Below, one piece after another: positions 40,888 through 52,913 of a stretch of 60,094 nt of DNA (its first letter is position 1; every line of letters begins with the position of its first letter). The notes beneath the pieces were generated by a model, which saw only the letters and a program-made list of their open reading frames with translations, did no database searches and was not told where the DNA came from. The DNA is from Octopus bimaculoides (lineage: Eukaryota): assembly GCF_001194135.2 (NCBI RefSeq), contig NC_068991.1, positions 21,938,954-21,999,047 of the forward strand, read 5' to 3'. The translations under genes and the position numbers were made by a program.

Positions 40888-41512
40888 TTTCAAATTTTGG
40901 TACAAGGTCAGTAATTTCAGAAGAGAGAATAAGTCAATTAGATTAGCCCCCTGTACTTAACTGGTACTTAGTTTTGTGACCCTGAAAGGATGAAAGGCAA
41001 TGATGACTTCAGTGGAATTTGAACTCGGTACATAAGGACAGATGAAATGTCGCTAAGCATTCTAATGATTTTGCCAGCTCAGTGCTTTAATAACAACAAC
41101 AATAATCCTTTGTTCTATAGGCACAAGGCCTGAAATTTTTAAGCAGTGGGGGCTAGTTGATTACATTATGTCAGTACTTTACTGGTACTTATTTTATTGA
41201 TCCAAAAGGAAAAGAGTAAGATCAACTTTGGCAGAATTTGCTCTCAGAATGTAAAGAAACAGAAAAATTTGGTGTGATGTGCTAATGATTCTGCTAGCTC
41301 ACTGCCATGATAATAATAATATTGATTTCAAATTCTTGGCACAAGACCAGCAAGTTCAATGGAGGGGTATTGTTGATTACATCAACCCTATTTGAACCTT
41401 AAAAGGATGAAAGGTAAATTCGATCTTGGTGGAATTTGAACTCAGGATATAAAGATAGATACATTTCTAAGCTTTTTCTCCAGTGTGCTAACACTTCAAC
41501 CAGTTTGCCACC
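40888..41512 (-). mobile_element. Three head-to-tail SINE family C copies
   Basis: Copies at ~40888-41090, 41105-41310 and 41322-41512, separated by (AAT/AAC)n tails. Confidence 0.8.
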
Positions 41513-42154
41513 ATAATAATAATCATAATAATAATATTATCATCATCATTATCCAGACTGACAAAGGGAAACCCATCCTTTCAATGGGCCAAAATCCATG
41601 AACAGAATGGTTAAATACATTCTCTGACTTTTCCAATAGAAATAGACATTACATAATCTTAAAGAATGTCACCAACATTGACACTCTTCTAATATTCATA
41701 GTAGTGTGTCATAATAGGATGAGTCGGCAATCAGAGTAATTATTTGTGTCATTTATAAAATATTTTATTTGGAGAAGAAAAAACGTTCAAACATATTACA
41801 GGAGGAGAAATGGGAAATTATGAGTTTCAGGATTTCCTCCAAAGACATGAGAGGTGTAGTGAAGAAAATTGGTTTAACCCTTAACCTGTCTTGTTAATAT
41901 ATTTCCCTGAGATTTATCCATCATATTTGATACATATTACAAATTTCTTTCCAGCCACCAGAGTAACTTGGGACTTATGAAAAGACAGCTTTATATCACT
42001 CAAAACATATGAATCAATGGTTAACTAAATGTCTGAAAACAAGTATGGGCATTCAGGACAAACTTATGGAAATGCACTGGACAGGCAATGGGTTAAGCAT
42101 TGAGCAAAATGCTGTGTGGTATTTTGTTCCGGTCAGCCAACACACAGACATCTG

Positions 42155-42500
42155 AAACAGCATTCAAAGGAAAGGCCATTCCACTGATTGATATGTAGAC
42201 ACTCACCAATTCCATCCAATATCTAATCCATAGATATGCTGTATCCACTCATTGTCAATTCTACTGCTACTATAATGGCCTCTGCTCCTTGCAGCAAACA
42301 AGTCTTGTGTCATTTCCTTTCAGGTACTCATGACTCACACATTTGTCCACTTTCATCACCTATATGTTGTGTCCACCTATATTCACAAAAGCCCGTCCCC
42401 ACTCCTTTCACTCAGAACATATAACCTCAGGAATTTTTACCCAAGACAAGTCCTTCAATGTGAATGTATTCAAGAAAGATATTAATGTCAACACTCTTAT
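42155..42500 (+). mobile_element. CR1/Jockey-group LINE ORF2 C-terminal remnant
   Basis: IQRKAIPLI...HRYAVSTHCQFYCYYNGLCS and FNVNVFKKDIN resemble the conserved ORF2 end; contains stops. Confidence 0.6.
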
Positions 42501-42633
42501 TAGTCTTAGTTTTTTTAGGTTGCATGTGAATGCCATGAGAGCACAATACAACCCAATATGTTCTTTCAGACAAAGCCCAGAAACCAGAAACACAGACATA
42601 TGCAAATGCACACAACCTACCATGAGTCTAGAT

Positions 42634-42794
42634 CAGTGCTCCGCAACCTTTTTCCATTTGTGATACACTTATATTCTTTTCAAAATTCAGCAGCACACCT
42701 GAACTAAAAATATAACAAAGTATTGGGAAAAGATTATATTCAGGTTACACTGTGGCACACCAGTGTGCCACAGCATACCGGTTGCGGAGCAGTG
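42634..42794. mobile_element. hAT (Charlie-like) MITE 1
   Basis: TIRs cagtgctccgcaacc / ggttgcggagcagtg; flanked by gtctagat and atgtagac. Confidence 0.8.
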
Positions 42795-42802
42795 ATGTAG
42801 AC

Positions 42803-43050
42803 CAGTGGTTCTCAACCAGTGTCCAGATGGCCCTTGGAGGTCCATATAAGATTTTGTTGTTAAAATTTATCTGCAATAAATTGGTTATACTTCAATAATA
42901 CACAAAATATTTAAAGTTTTTTTTTTCTTTTATTACAATTCCTTGTTATGTAATTATTTTTTTAAACATCAAATGGCTGGAAGAGTCCATCTGAGTAAAA
43001 TAGGAATCAAAGGTGGTTCCACAGGTAAAAAATGGTTGACAGAAACACTG
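42803..43050. mobile_element. hAT (Charlie-like) MITE 2
   Basis: TIRs cagtggttctcaacc / ggttgacagaaacactg; TSD atgtagac / atctagac. Confidence 0.8.
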
Positions 43051-43502
43051 ATCTAGACAGAATGACACACACACACACATATACATACACAAACACAGAG
43101 AAACACATGCAAATGCAGAGAGATACACACAACCTACTCTCAACACATATACACACACACACCAACCATGTCAGCATGGTAAATAGATGTTAAATGGTGA
43201 TAAATACACACAGCTTTCCATCATACACAGACACATATACAAACATGCACAGCTCACCATTATACATAAACACAGACATATACATAATACAAAAACACTC
43301 GCACACACAAAACAAGGGTCACACATACACACAGCCGATACATACACATGCATACACACATATGTACATACACAAACACATACATATACACAATCAAAGA
43401 TAAAGAGAGAGAGACACAGATGCAAACAAAGGTACAAGAATGCAACAATTGCCCAACCCCACAACACATAAAATATGGATGAGGACAGATAAGGGAGCTT
43501 AC

Positions 43503-43570
43503 CGGAGTTGAATTTACCTGTGTTGTCAAACGCTGACTTGTTGACATCAGGTGTTGAACACTGACAGTTT
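43503..43570 (-). CDS. Candidate host exon (68 nt): NCQCSTPDVNKSAFDNTGKFNS (phase 2 to 1) or TVSVQHLMSTSQRLTTQVNSTP (phase 1 to 0)
   Basis: Acceptor tcaaatgtatgtttcacatatttcag; donor CCG|gtaagc; unique island between microsatellites; frame unresolved. Confidence 0.55.
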
Positions 43571-45080
43571 CTGAAATATGTGAAACATACATTTGATTCA
43601 GATATGGTACATGTGGCAGTGTTGGTGGTTGTGACTGTGACAATGATGATGGTCGTGGTGGTGATTGTGATGATGGTGGTGGTGACATGTTGGTGGTGGT
43701 AATGATGGTGGTGGTGATTGTTGTGGCGATGGTGGTGATTGTTGTGGTGGTGGTGGTGATTGTNNNNNNNNNNNNNNNNNNNNNNNNNNNNNNNNNNNNN
43801 NNNNNNNNNNNNNNNNNNNNNNNNNNNNNNGGTGGTGGTGACCGTTGTGGTGGCGGTGGTGACCGTTGTGGTGGCAGTGGTGACCGTTGTGGTGGTGGTG
43901 GTGGTGGTGGTGGTGGTGGGGACCGTTGTGGTGGCGGTGGTGGTGACTGTTGTGGTGGTGGTTGTGGTTGTTGTGGTGGTGATAGTGCTGATGGTGTTAT
44001 TGTGGCAGTGGTGGCAGTGACAGTGGTGGCGCCTGTGATTACAACAGTGGTAGTGGTGGTGGATTGGAGCAAATGGTTGTTTCAGTATTGTTGGTAGTGA
44101 AGATGATGGTGGTTGCTGCTCAGGTCTGATTAAACAGACCTATGGTTAAAAACATTCTAACCATGACCAACCTGCCTTTCTCCTGGGTACTGTGTACCCA
44201 ATGTGTTCTTCCTTTAGAAAGACTAAGGTACTGCTACTATTGGTCAGCATTTGTGGCAGTGGCAATAACGTACAATAAATAACTTAATTATATTTTCAAG
44301 TGTCCCTCATTTTAGCTATACATGTATCTAAATACATACATATATACACATACATATACACAGATACACACGCACACTTATATACACACATACACAAAAT
44401 CATGCCAAAATAGACACAGAAGTCTGGTGCAGGTTCCTGCCTGGCCAGTTCCTATCAAACCGTCCAACCCATGCCCGTATGAAAGGCAGATGTTAAACAA
44501 TGAGGATGATGATAATGACACACATACAGGCATACACACACACATACACACATACATATCGTTTTATTATAACTTTAAACAAGACTAAATTTTGCACTTT
44601 CATCAAGATCTCATGCTAAATGCTTTGCAGAAAACAAATATTTTTTGTTATAATTGCAATGTGTTTATTTCTATAATTACTCTTATCAACATCAACATCA
44701 TCATCAACATCATTATAACATCTACTTCTTCCATGGGTCAATCTTCATTCAGGCAGATTTTCTATGGTTGAAAGCTCTTCACGTCCCCAACCAAAACCAC
44801 TTAACTCACATCTCTACCCCGCGTGCGCGTGCGTGTGTGTGTGAGATTCATTTCATGCTATCTAACATTTACATATAATTAATACTAAATTATCCTTTGT
44901 TTTAATTGTTTAGTTTATGAGCTGTAAACTCTAAAAATATTCATGGTAAAGAGATTCCTCATTCTATAACTGCATAAGGAAACGATGAATTTTACTCTTT
45001 AGACTTCCATTATAAATAAACAAAAACAGATAAACTGCACAAAGATAATATGTATCTTATTCATGGAACAGACTTATCTA

Positions 45081-45625
45081 TGATGGGTGTTCATTAACGA
45101 TTTCCCCTGACCCACTTCCCAAGGACGGGGATAAATGAAACTTGGCATAATTATTAGTACTTCTCTATATAGCCGCCACCACCAATGGTGACACACTTCT
45201 CTCATCGTTTTATGCAACTGTGAAGACTTCGTCTATAGAAGTCAACAGGTTTCATTGGGAGCCAAGAGTTTACCTCGGAAATAAGTTCAGTATCTGAAAA
45301 GTGCTTCCTTTCCAAAAAGGACTTCATGGTTGGAAAGAGGTAGAAGTCAGATGGTGCAAGGTCAGTAGAGTAAGGAGGATGAAGAAGAATTACATAGCCA
45401 CAAGAGTGTGGTTTCATCTGGGGTAACATGCACATTGTGAATTGGGGCATTGTCTTGGAGGGGGCAGACTCCTTTGGTCAGCATGACATGCCTCTCATCT
45501 TTGATGGTGTCCTGCAATTTCTGCAGCAGAGAAGCATAATATGCCCTATCAATTGTGGTGCCCTTTGCCAGAAAATCCATCATTACTATTCTGCATTGGT
45601 CTCAAAAGACTGAGCATCACTTTGC
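45081..45625 (-). mobile_element. Mariner transposase 3' fragment, different subfamily from 835-1871
   Basis: LQDNAPIH, HPPYSTDLAPSDFYLFP and EKCVTIGGGYIEKY; TIR-like end after TA at 45079-80. Confidence 0.88.
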
Positions 45626-46065
45626 CTGCTGAGGGTTGGATACCAAATGAGGCTCTGTTTACAAAAGGTTAATAATGGTAAAGTTATTTTACTAACTTCT
45701 CCATTGTTTTAAAAACTATCCGAAAGAAAGGCAGTGTATTTCAACAGAAATATAGTAACAAAAGTGTTAAATCTTTGTCTGTCCAGTGAATCACTTGTGA
45801 AAGACAGGACATATTTCCCTGAAGCCCATGCATTATATGTGATGCACATTCCCGATTTCCTTCAACTAACAGAGTAACTTCAATGAAGGGAAAGTTTAGG
45901 TGCAAGTGTGGCTGTGTGGTAAGAAGCTTGCTTCCCAACCACATAGTTCCAGGTTCAGTCCCACAGTGTGACACCTTGGGCAAGTGTCTTCTGCTATAGC
46001 CTTGGGCTGACCAAAGTCTTGTGGCTACTGAATAAGTGTCACATATTTTTACAGATATATATATT

Positions 46066-46113
<48 letters not shown>

Positions 46114-46403
46114 CATGTATGTGGGGTGTATTTGTGTGTATACATACATAAGAATAAATTTTGTATGAAGAAGTGGGGGTAGACAGAAGCAGGAGCAGGG
46201 ATTTTTATTCTGGAAATGCAATATTTAGAATGAATTTTGTAAGTAATATTTTCATCTGGAACTTTCTATTGTTTTATATAAAAATTCTATATTAAAATAC
46301 CATCAAGAATATTTCTGGAAAGGAAATTCTAAATAAATATTTCAGTGTCTAATTAAATGAGGGGTCATCTAATTTAACACTCTGTTGAGTAGTTTGTTTC
46401 CAG

Positions 46404-46670
46404 TTTGGTGCCTTCAGGAATTTTAATGTGCTTCAAAATAAACAAGAAGCCATACTGAGTGTTGTTAAGTGGCTGAAACGTCTGACGGAAGAAGCCTGGA
46501 ATGTTACAATTAACAAAGGAGTTTCTAGCCAGTCACTTGACCTACTAGAAAATAGGAGAAACATTTTGGTTAATATAGTCCCAGATACACAATGCCTGAG
46601 AAAATCATATGTCCATTCCCTCAGAGCAAACATGGTGATAAACAGTAATAACAACATGGAATGCTGCTAA
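46404..46670 (+). other. Unexplained open frame, candidate plus-strand exon: FGAFRNFNVLQNKQEAILSVVKWLKRLTEEAW...SLRANM
   Basis: About 93 stop-free codons (46389-46667); acceptors at 46403 or 46417; only a weak donor; no recognised homology. Confidence 0.3.
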
Positions 46671-47568
46671 GTTAACCACATTGTGTTTATTGATAGTAAT
46701 TCATCCCTCATTTTATGTTGCCTGCTGCCCACAATTGTTTCATTTAAAGGATTATACTCAGTCATATTTTTTTTTTAAGAGCTGATGTTGACACTTGGTG
46801 CTTGTTGTTCATATGATGTTTGTAAATAATCTGGTTCAATACCAGTGTACTCCAAACATGAAGGTGATTATCTCACACAGACTCAATCCGCCAGCTGAGG
46901 CTGGCTACTAATGCAGAGACACTACCACATGTCAACTGTATTGGCTTCTGTAACATTGAGACTATCACATATGAGGCAGAGATCAAAGCTACAAACACAA
47001 GCTGCAATGCCGACTTGAAGTGTCACATCAATATGTTGGAGGGGATGCTCACGAAATATTAAAAGGCAAAACATTACAAAGGCTGCAAGTTATGTCAGGC
47101 TGTTGTAAGGAAAAAAAGCACAGCATATGATATCAGTTGGAAAACTGCAGTAAAATGTAAGCCCCACATGAATGTTAGCAGAAAATGTAGGCTTTGCACT
47201 GCCAAAAAGTAACTGATCACCAAGAACTCTAACTCAGATGGTTATACCAAACATCAAATAAGAGAATTTCAGTCTCTGCAAAGTACAGAAAGAAATTTAT
47301 CTTCCTCAACTGGGCACACCCACCACAAAATCCAGGAATGAGTCAATCATAGATTGCCTTTTATCAAATGTTTAACTGTGTCCCTCCTCCCCTCTTTCTC
47401 TCTCCTTCATTTGTCTTTCTTTTGTGTAACCATACATATGTTTACAGTTATGCTTAAGTATGCTAGTGCAAGTGGGTATGTGGGAAGGGAATACATTATT
47501 CTTGCAAAACAGGCAGAGATTGCTTAGCTTGTGAACTCAGAGTAGTATTTCTTCTACCATGTGTATTA

Positions 47569-47954
47569 GTGGAGGTGCAATGGCCCAGTGGTTAGGGCAG
47601 CAGACTCGTGGTCATAGGATCGCGGTTTCGATTCCCAGACTGGGCGTTGTGAGTGTTTATTGAGCGAAAACACCTTAAAGCTCCACGAGGCTCCGGCAGG
47701 GGATGGTGGTGGACCCTGCTGTACTCTTTCACCACAACTTTCTCTCACCCTTACTTCCTGTTTCTGTTGTGCCTGTAATTCAAAGGGTCAGCCTTGTCAC
47801 ACTGTGTCACGCTTAATATCCCCGAGAACTACGTTAAGAGCTCACATGTCTGTGGAGTGCTCAGCCACTTGCATGTTAATTTCACAAGCAGGCTGTTCTG
47901 TTGATCGGATCAACTGGAACCCTCGACATCGTAAGCGACGGAGTGCCAACAACA
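47569..47954 (+). mobile_element. Full-length SINE family A
   Basis: Perfect 13-bp TSD accatgtgtatta at 47556-47568 and 47955-47967; tRNA-like head; (CAA)n tail. Confidence 0.95.
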
Positions 47955-48223
47955 ACCATGTGTATTATAACTAATTTTATAAGATGCTTTTTAATTCCTT
48001 GCATATATTCTCTTTAATAGAAGTACACAGACATTCCTAGTCCCAAATGTTTATAATTGCTTACGGTCAAAGCTTGTAATGAGCTACTGCAGTGAAAGCT
48101 ACATGAATGGTCCAAAATTGACAGTAGAATGACCCTTATGTGGTCAATATATTATTTTAAATAATATTACTATAAATGTGTATATTGTCATTTGAACACT
48201 TTCCATGCTCACATAGGCTAGAC

Positions 48224-48850
48224 CAGGGGTCACCAAACTTTTTTCAGTGGGTCAGATAACAGAGAATGATGAGTGCAGGCTGCATAACCATTTTGTTCAA
48301 TGCAATACAGCGAATACACAAAAAAAATAAAGACAACCAACATATTTATTTAGCTAAATTTATCAAAGAAGGCAACGTTAGCATTAAGATAGTTACATCA
48401 CACACAATGCACACGTATCCAAATCTCACAAACTAAACAGCAAAAAAGGTTAGTGAAATTTGTGAAAGTGATGTTTAGCTTTTAAGATATCATCAATATT
48501 TGCTTTGGAATTGCTGCATCCGACCAAGAGAAATGCTTTCAAGTGTTTATCAGTCAACCTCGTTCGATGTGCTGACTTCACATACTTCATTTTTGAAAAT
48601 GTTTGCTCACAGACATAAGTTGTTCCAAACACTGACACCATACTAGAGGCAAATTTCTTCAACTTTGAAAACTCGTCATCAGGTAAGCAGCAATAAAATT
48701 CAACAAGTTTTCCTTCTCGGTGTTTCTCTTTCAACAAGTCACTTGCTTGCAAATCAATGAGCCCCAGCTGTAGTTCAACTGGCACGTCATCAAGGTTACA
48801 AACAAACGGATTCTGGAACAAGAATTTCACTCAATTCTGTTAACTATGTT
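48224..48850 (-). mobile_element. hAT transposon 3' fragment (SPIN/GTF2IRD2-like transposase C-terminus)
   Basis: ORF 48450-48830 QLGLIDLQ...FGTTYVCEQTFSKMKYVKSAHRTRLTDKHL (hAT dimerisation region); TIR caggggtcaccaaactt after target-like ggctagac. Confidence 0.9.
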
Positions 48851-48889
48851 TAATATTCTTGGAACAACTCAACTTATTAACAGTAGATA

Positions 48890-50420
48890 TTTCTATTTTA
48901 AATCAGATTATACTTGGATAGAGATTTAAAAAACATTGTATGCTGATAACTAACTGGCGAAGTGCAGCCCCCTTCTATACCCTTCTCAATTATACCACCA
49001 GGTAAAGCGGAAGTGGGGGTTGAGAAACCTCTCCCCTACCTTCCAACCTGCCCTCCCCCTCTCCCATGCACCCCCCCTTAACCCTCCTATTACTCACCCT
49101 CCATAAAGGTCATACATGTACATATTAGACAGTGGAAAGGGTTAGAGGTGATGTTATGCACCCGATACAAGCAAAGCTAACTTAATTTCTCTTGCAAAAA
49201 AGAGGGGGGCATTTTCTCTTTTTTTCAATATTTAATTAGAAGAGAGAATATGTTGTTACCAAAGCATTAAAACTTTACTAACTTGATCGATCTGTCACTG
49301 AACCAGAATTTTAATTTCATTTGATACACACTTTGCTATCATTTATACGGAGAATTGCAACAGAAACACAAGCTACCCTGGGGTGAGACGGTACTGTTAA
49401 TGATCTCAAAATGCATGTGTTTCCAAACATTGCACAAAACTTTAGCAACAGTCAATCGGTATGTGAGCAAGCCATCTTAACTCCATGTAATGATGCTGTT
49501 GATAAAATCTCTTACAGCTGTTGCCAGGATGAGAACAGTCTTTCAAATCCATCAACACTGTCATTGATCAGGACCAAGTTGTAGTTTTTCCAATTGTCCT
49601 GAACTCCCTCCAGTCATCTGGGATGCCACCTCACAACTTAACACTTAAAAAGGGAGCCCCAATCATGCTGCTCGGGAATCTCGATCCACCTCGCCTGTTC
49701 AATGGTACCAGACTGGTAATGAAAGCAATGCAATTCCATGTTCTAGAGGCAGCGATTACCACTGGGAAATATAAGGGTGAAGATGTCTTCATTCCACATA
49801 TCCCGTTAACCCTTTCGTTACCAACCCAGCTGAAACCGGCTCTGGCTCTGAGTACAAATGTCTTGTTTTCATAAGTTATGAATTAAAATCTCCCACCAAA
49901 CTTTAGTCACAATTTATGTTCCTAATACTAGCTTAATGATAACTAAACTATTTTACTAAATTCTTTGTTGCATTTAAAGTAATTGAAAGAAACAGAGAGC
50001 ATCTCAAAATAAATACAGTAATGAAAGGGTTAATCCCATCTGACCTCCCTTTGAATTTAAACGGCTCCAGTTCCCAGTGAAACTAAACTTTAGCTATGTC
50101 GATAAACAAATCTCATGGACAATCTCTCAAGGTTGTTAGACTTAACCTTGCTTCTCTCATGAGAAGGATGTTCGCAAGTTGGAAGGCCCAAAACTCTTTA
50201 TTTGTACCCCAGTTAAAGGACAGCCTGAAAACATTGTATATTTAGAAGTTCTCCAAAATTGAACTGCGATTGATTTCAAGATTTCTTTTAATAACTTTGT
50301 TTATATTCCTGTCATCTCATAGAATTTTTCAGAAAACATTTTTTTTTTTTATCAGAATAAATATATTCAATTCCTTTAACATTCTTTAAACTTCTCAGCA
50401 ACGCCGGGTACTTAGACTAG
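48890..50420 (+). mobile_element. Helitron fragment (PIF1-like helicase C-terminus plus 3' terminus); 5' boundary approximate
   Basis: GMPPHNLTLKKGAPIMLLGNLDPPRLFNGTRL, IPHIPLIPSD and AMSINKSHGQSL; 3' end caacgccggg...CTAG followed by T at 50421. Confidence 0.9.
49810..50029. mobile_element. piggyBac-type MITE inserted in the Helitron helicase
   Basis: TTAA at 49806-09 and 50030-33; TIRs ccctttcgttac / gtaatgaaaggg; removal restores IPLIPSD. Confidence 0.9.
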
Positions 50421-50591
50421 TGTGTGCGTGTGCGTGCACACACACACACGTACGTATATATACATACACACACATACACGTGTGCTATGTTTGTGTAAAC
50501 GTGTATGTGTATCTTATATACACATATATATCTATATCCATATATGTATCTATCTCTCTCTTTCTTTCTCTCCCTCTCAGACAGGCAGATA

Positions 50592-50630
<39 letters not shown>

Positions 50631-51504
50631 TCATCGACTAATTCCCACCCTTCCCACTATATTTCCCTCCTTTTATCTATGTGAGAGGAAGGTGGGTTGG
50701 CAGAACCGTAAGAGTGCCGGAAAAAAATATCTTACAGTAATTATTCCCTCCCTTTACGTTCCGAGTTCAATTCCAACCGGAGTCAACTTTACCCTTCGTT
50801 ATTCTGAGATAAAATAAAGAACCACTCAAATACTGGGGCTGATTTAATCAACGTACATTTCCAACCCACAAATTTGTGACATAGTAGCAGTAGTAGTGGT
50901 AGGGAGAACAGTTTTCGTGTACGTATTAGTTTGGCAATTGCGCGTCATGTGAAATTCTCTTGACAAACTCACTGCTGAAGTTTGCAAGAATTTGGTTAAC
51001 AGCAATAATGTCAAGGTCCTTGATATTATATAAGCGGCCCACATTAAGAAATGGGGGTAAAACAGCAAATAAGACACACAGCACACACGTAATATATGCG
51101 TATATGATGAAATATAATATACACAAGAGTTTTCGTGCGTGCTCAACCACGCACGCATACATTTGTGTTTAGAAACGTGTGCGAATGTACATGTAAATAT
51201 AATGTTATATTTGTGTGTGTATGTATAACACACACACACACACAAGTGTATATAAAATGCATAGGGATTCCCGTCGATTTCTATGATGATTAATTGTTCG
51301 ATCAACGTAACAACTTACTCATTGCATGAGCGTGTCTGTGTCCGAATATTCTACAGTGACGAACTATTGACTTAATTTCCAGGGAGAATCAGCATGACAC
51401 AGTGTGACAAGACTAGGACTTTGAATTTACCAGTACAATCCAACCTACAAGCTTACAAACCCGTTTTCGTTTGCCGTGTTTTCAGTTATAAGAACACTGG
51501 CGGT

Positions 51505-51599
51505 AATCTTTCGGTATTAATAGACGACGTCATTCACCCTTACCTATATCACGAGGGAACGTTGCGTGGATGAATGACGTCTACTAATACCGAAAGATT
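51505..51599. repeat. Imperfect inverted repeat (~29-32-bp arms)
   Basis: aatctttcggtattaatagacgacgtcattca ... tgaatgacgtctactaataccgaaagatt. Confidence 0.85.
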
Positions 51600-52875
51600 G
51601 TCACACTGACTCCACATTCTTTGCAGCGAGATCAATACCTGGGTCCTCATTATTGCGAAAACTTCTTTATCACTTGGTGTTACCTGCATCCGTGTGTGTG
51701 TAAATGTTTTAAAATACCTTGTCATTTTGGAGTATCTAGGTACGTATTTAGCAAACTAACTACTAAAACATTTACTTTTACATTCTAAGTAATTATGGCA
51801 CCTAGTGGTAAAAAAAAAAAAAAAAAGATTTTACAAAGAAGCATACATTAAATTTAATATCAGTGGAGGGTAAAATGAAAAAGGTTCTCCCTACAATGTA
51901 TTGTTTGCCAAAGTTTTAAGTTCATCAGAGATTGAAGCCAAGCTTTCTGAAAAGACATTTCTGTAACTAGATGATCCTGATCAAACTGACAAACATCAAT
52001 TGCATTCCAGACAGAAAATAAATGAAACGTATTCAACTTAATCAGAGTGGGTAGTTAGAAAGACAAAATGAAACTAATTTACGTTACCACCCCCAAGGTT
52101 GCTCCTAAAACTGCAAAAACTAATATACCCACATACGGTTGCTGAAATATTCATAATATATTACAAGCAAAGGAACTGCTTAATCAGCCAATGTGAAATG
52201 ATAACGTTTGTTGAAAGATATCTTATATTTATAAACGATATACACGGTAGTTCAAAAATATAAGAGGCTACGCTAGAAATCTTTGAGTTTACACACATGT
52301 AAGAAGTATATAACTAAATAATTGCTGGGTGTATTAAATGAAGTGAGAAAATGAAGTTGTTGCGGAATTTATACAATTGTTTACACCGCGATTTCTTATC
52401 CATATCCTTACAGTTGACTACCAACAAGCAAGTGGAAGACGGAAGGCAAAGACTCATGCGGAAGAAACTTGTTAATGTGTAAGTGAAACGACGAAGTGCT
52501 CCCTGGAACTGACAAATAAACCACCTATTTATTTTTTCCCAGGCATTGCCAATATATACCTATCTCAAAGCTTAACTGTGTCACCGTGATTGAAAATAAA
52601 TCAGGTTTATCTAAGTTAACCTTTGCTTCGTGTAAGATAATGGCGAATTTCTAGCAGGTTGAACGAAAGGATTTTACGTGCACATTTAGAGAACAAAGGA
52701 AACACACGTAAAGATTCAAGTTTCGATCCTTGGTTACGGAAACTTACATTTCATATCTATTAACTGGTACAGGCAAGGTATAAATTAAGGATTCGAATTT
52801 TTAAAACAATGTTTTGTCAAGCCTTGGTGAGCGCAACAAAAAGGAGAAGACATATATGAAGTTGTACATAGTTTC

Positions 52876-52913
<38 letters not shown>

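Noticed and set aside
42207-42290. Minus-strand exon with a perfect donor (IDNEWIQHIYGLDIGWN|gtgagt)
   Set aside because: It is the antisense of a CR1/Jockey LINE remnant and has a weak acceptor
46880-47220. Cys-rich frames (KGCKLCQ...RKCRLCT) resembling a piggyBac C-terminal domain
   Set aside because: Spacing is incomplete, stops are present and no upstream transposase motifs were seen
6954-47954. tRNA-like sequences with A and B boxes
   Set aside because: They are heads of ~385-bp SINEs with TSDs, not tRNA genes
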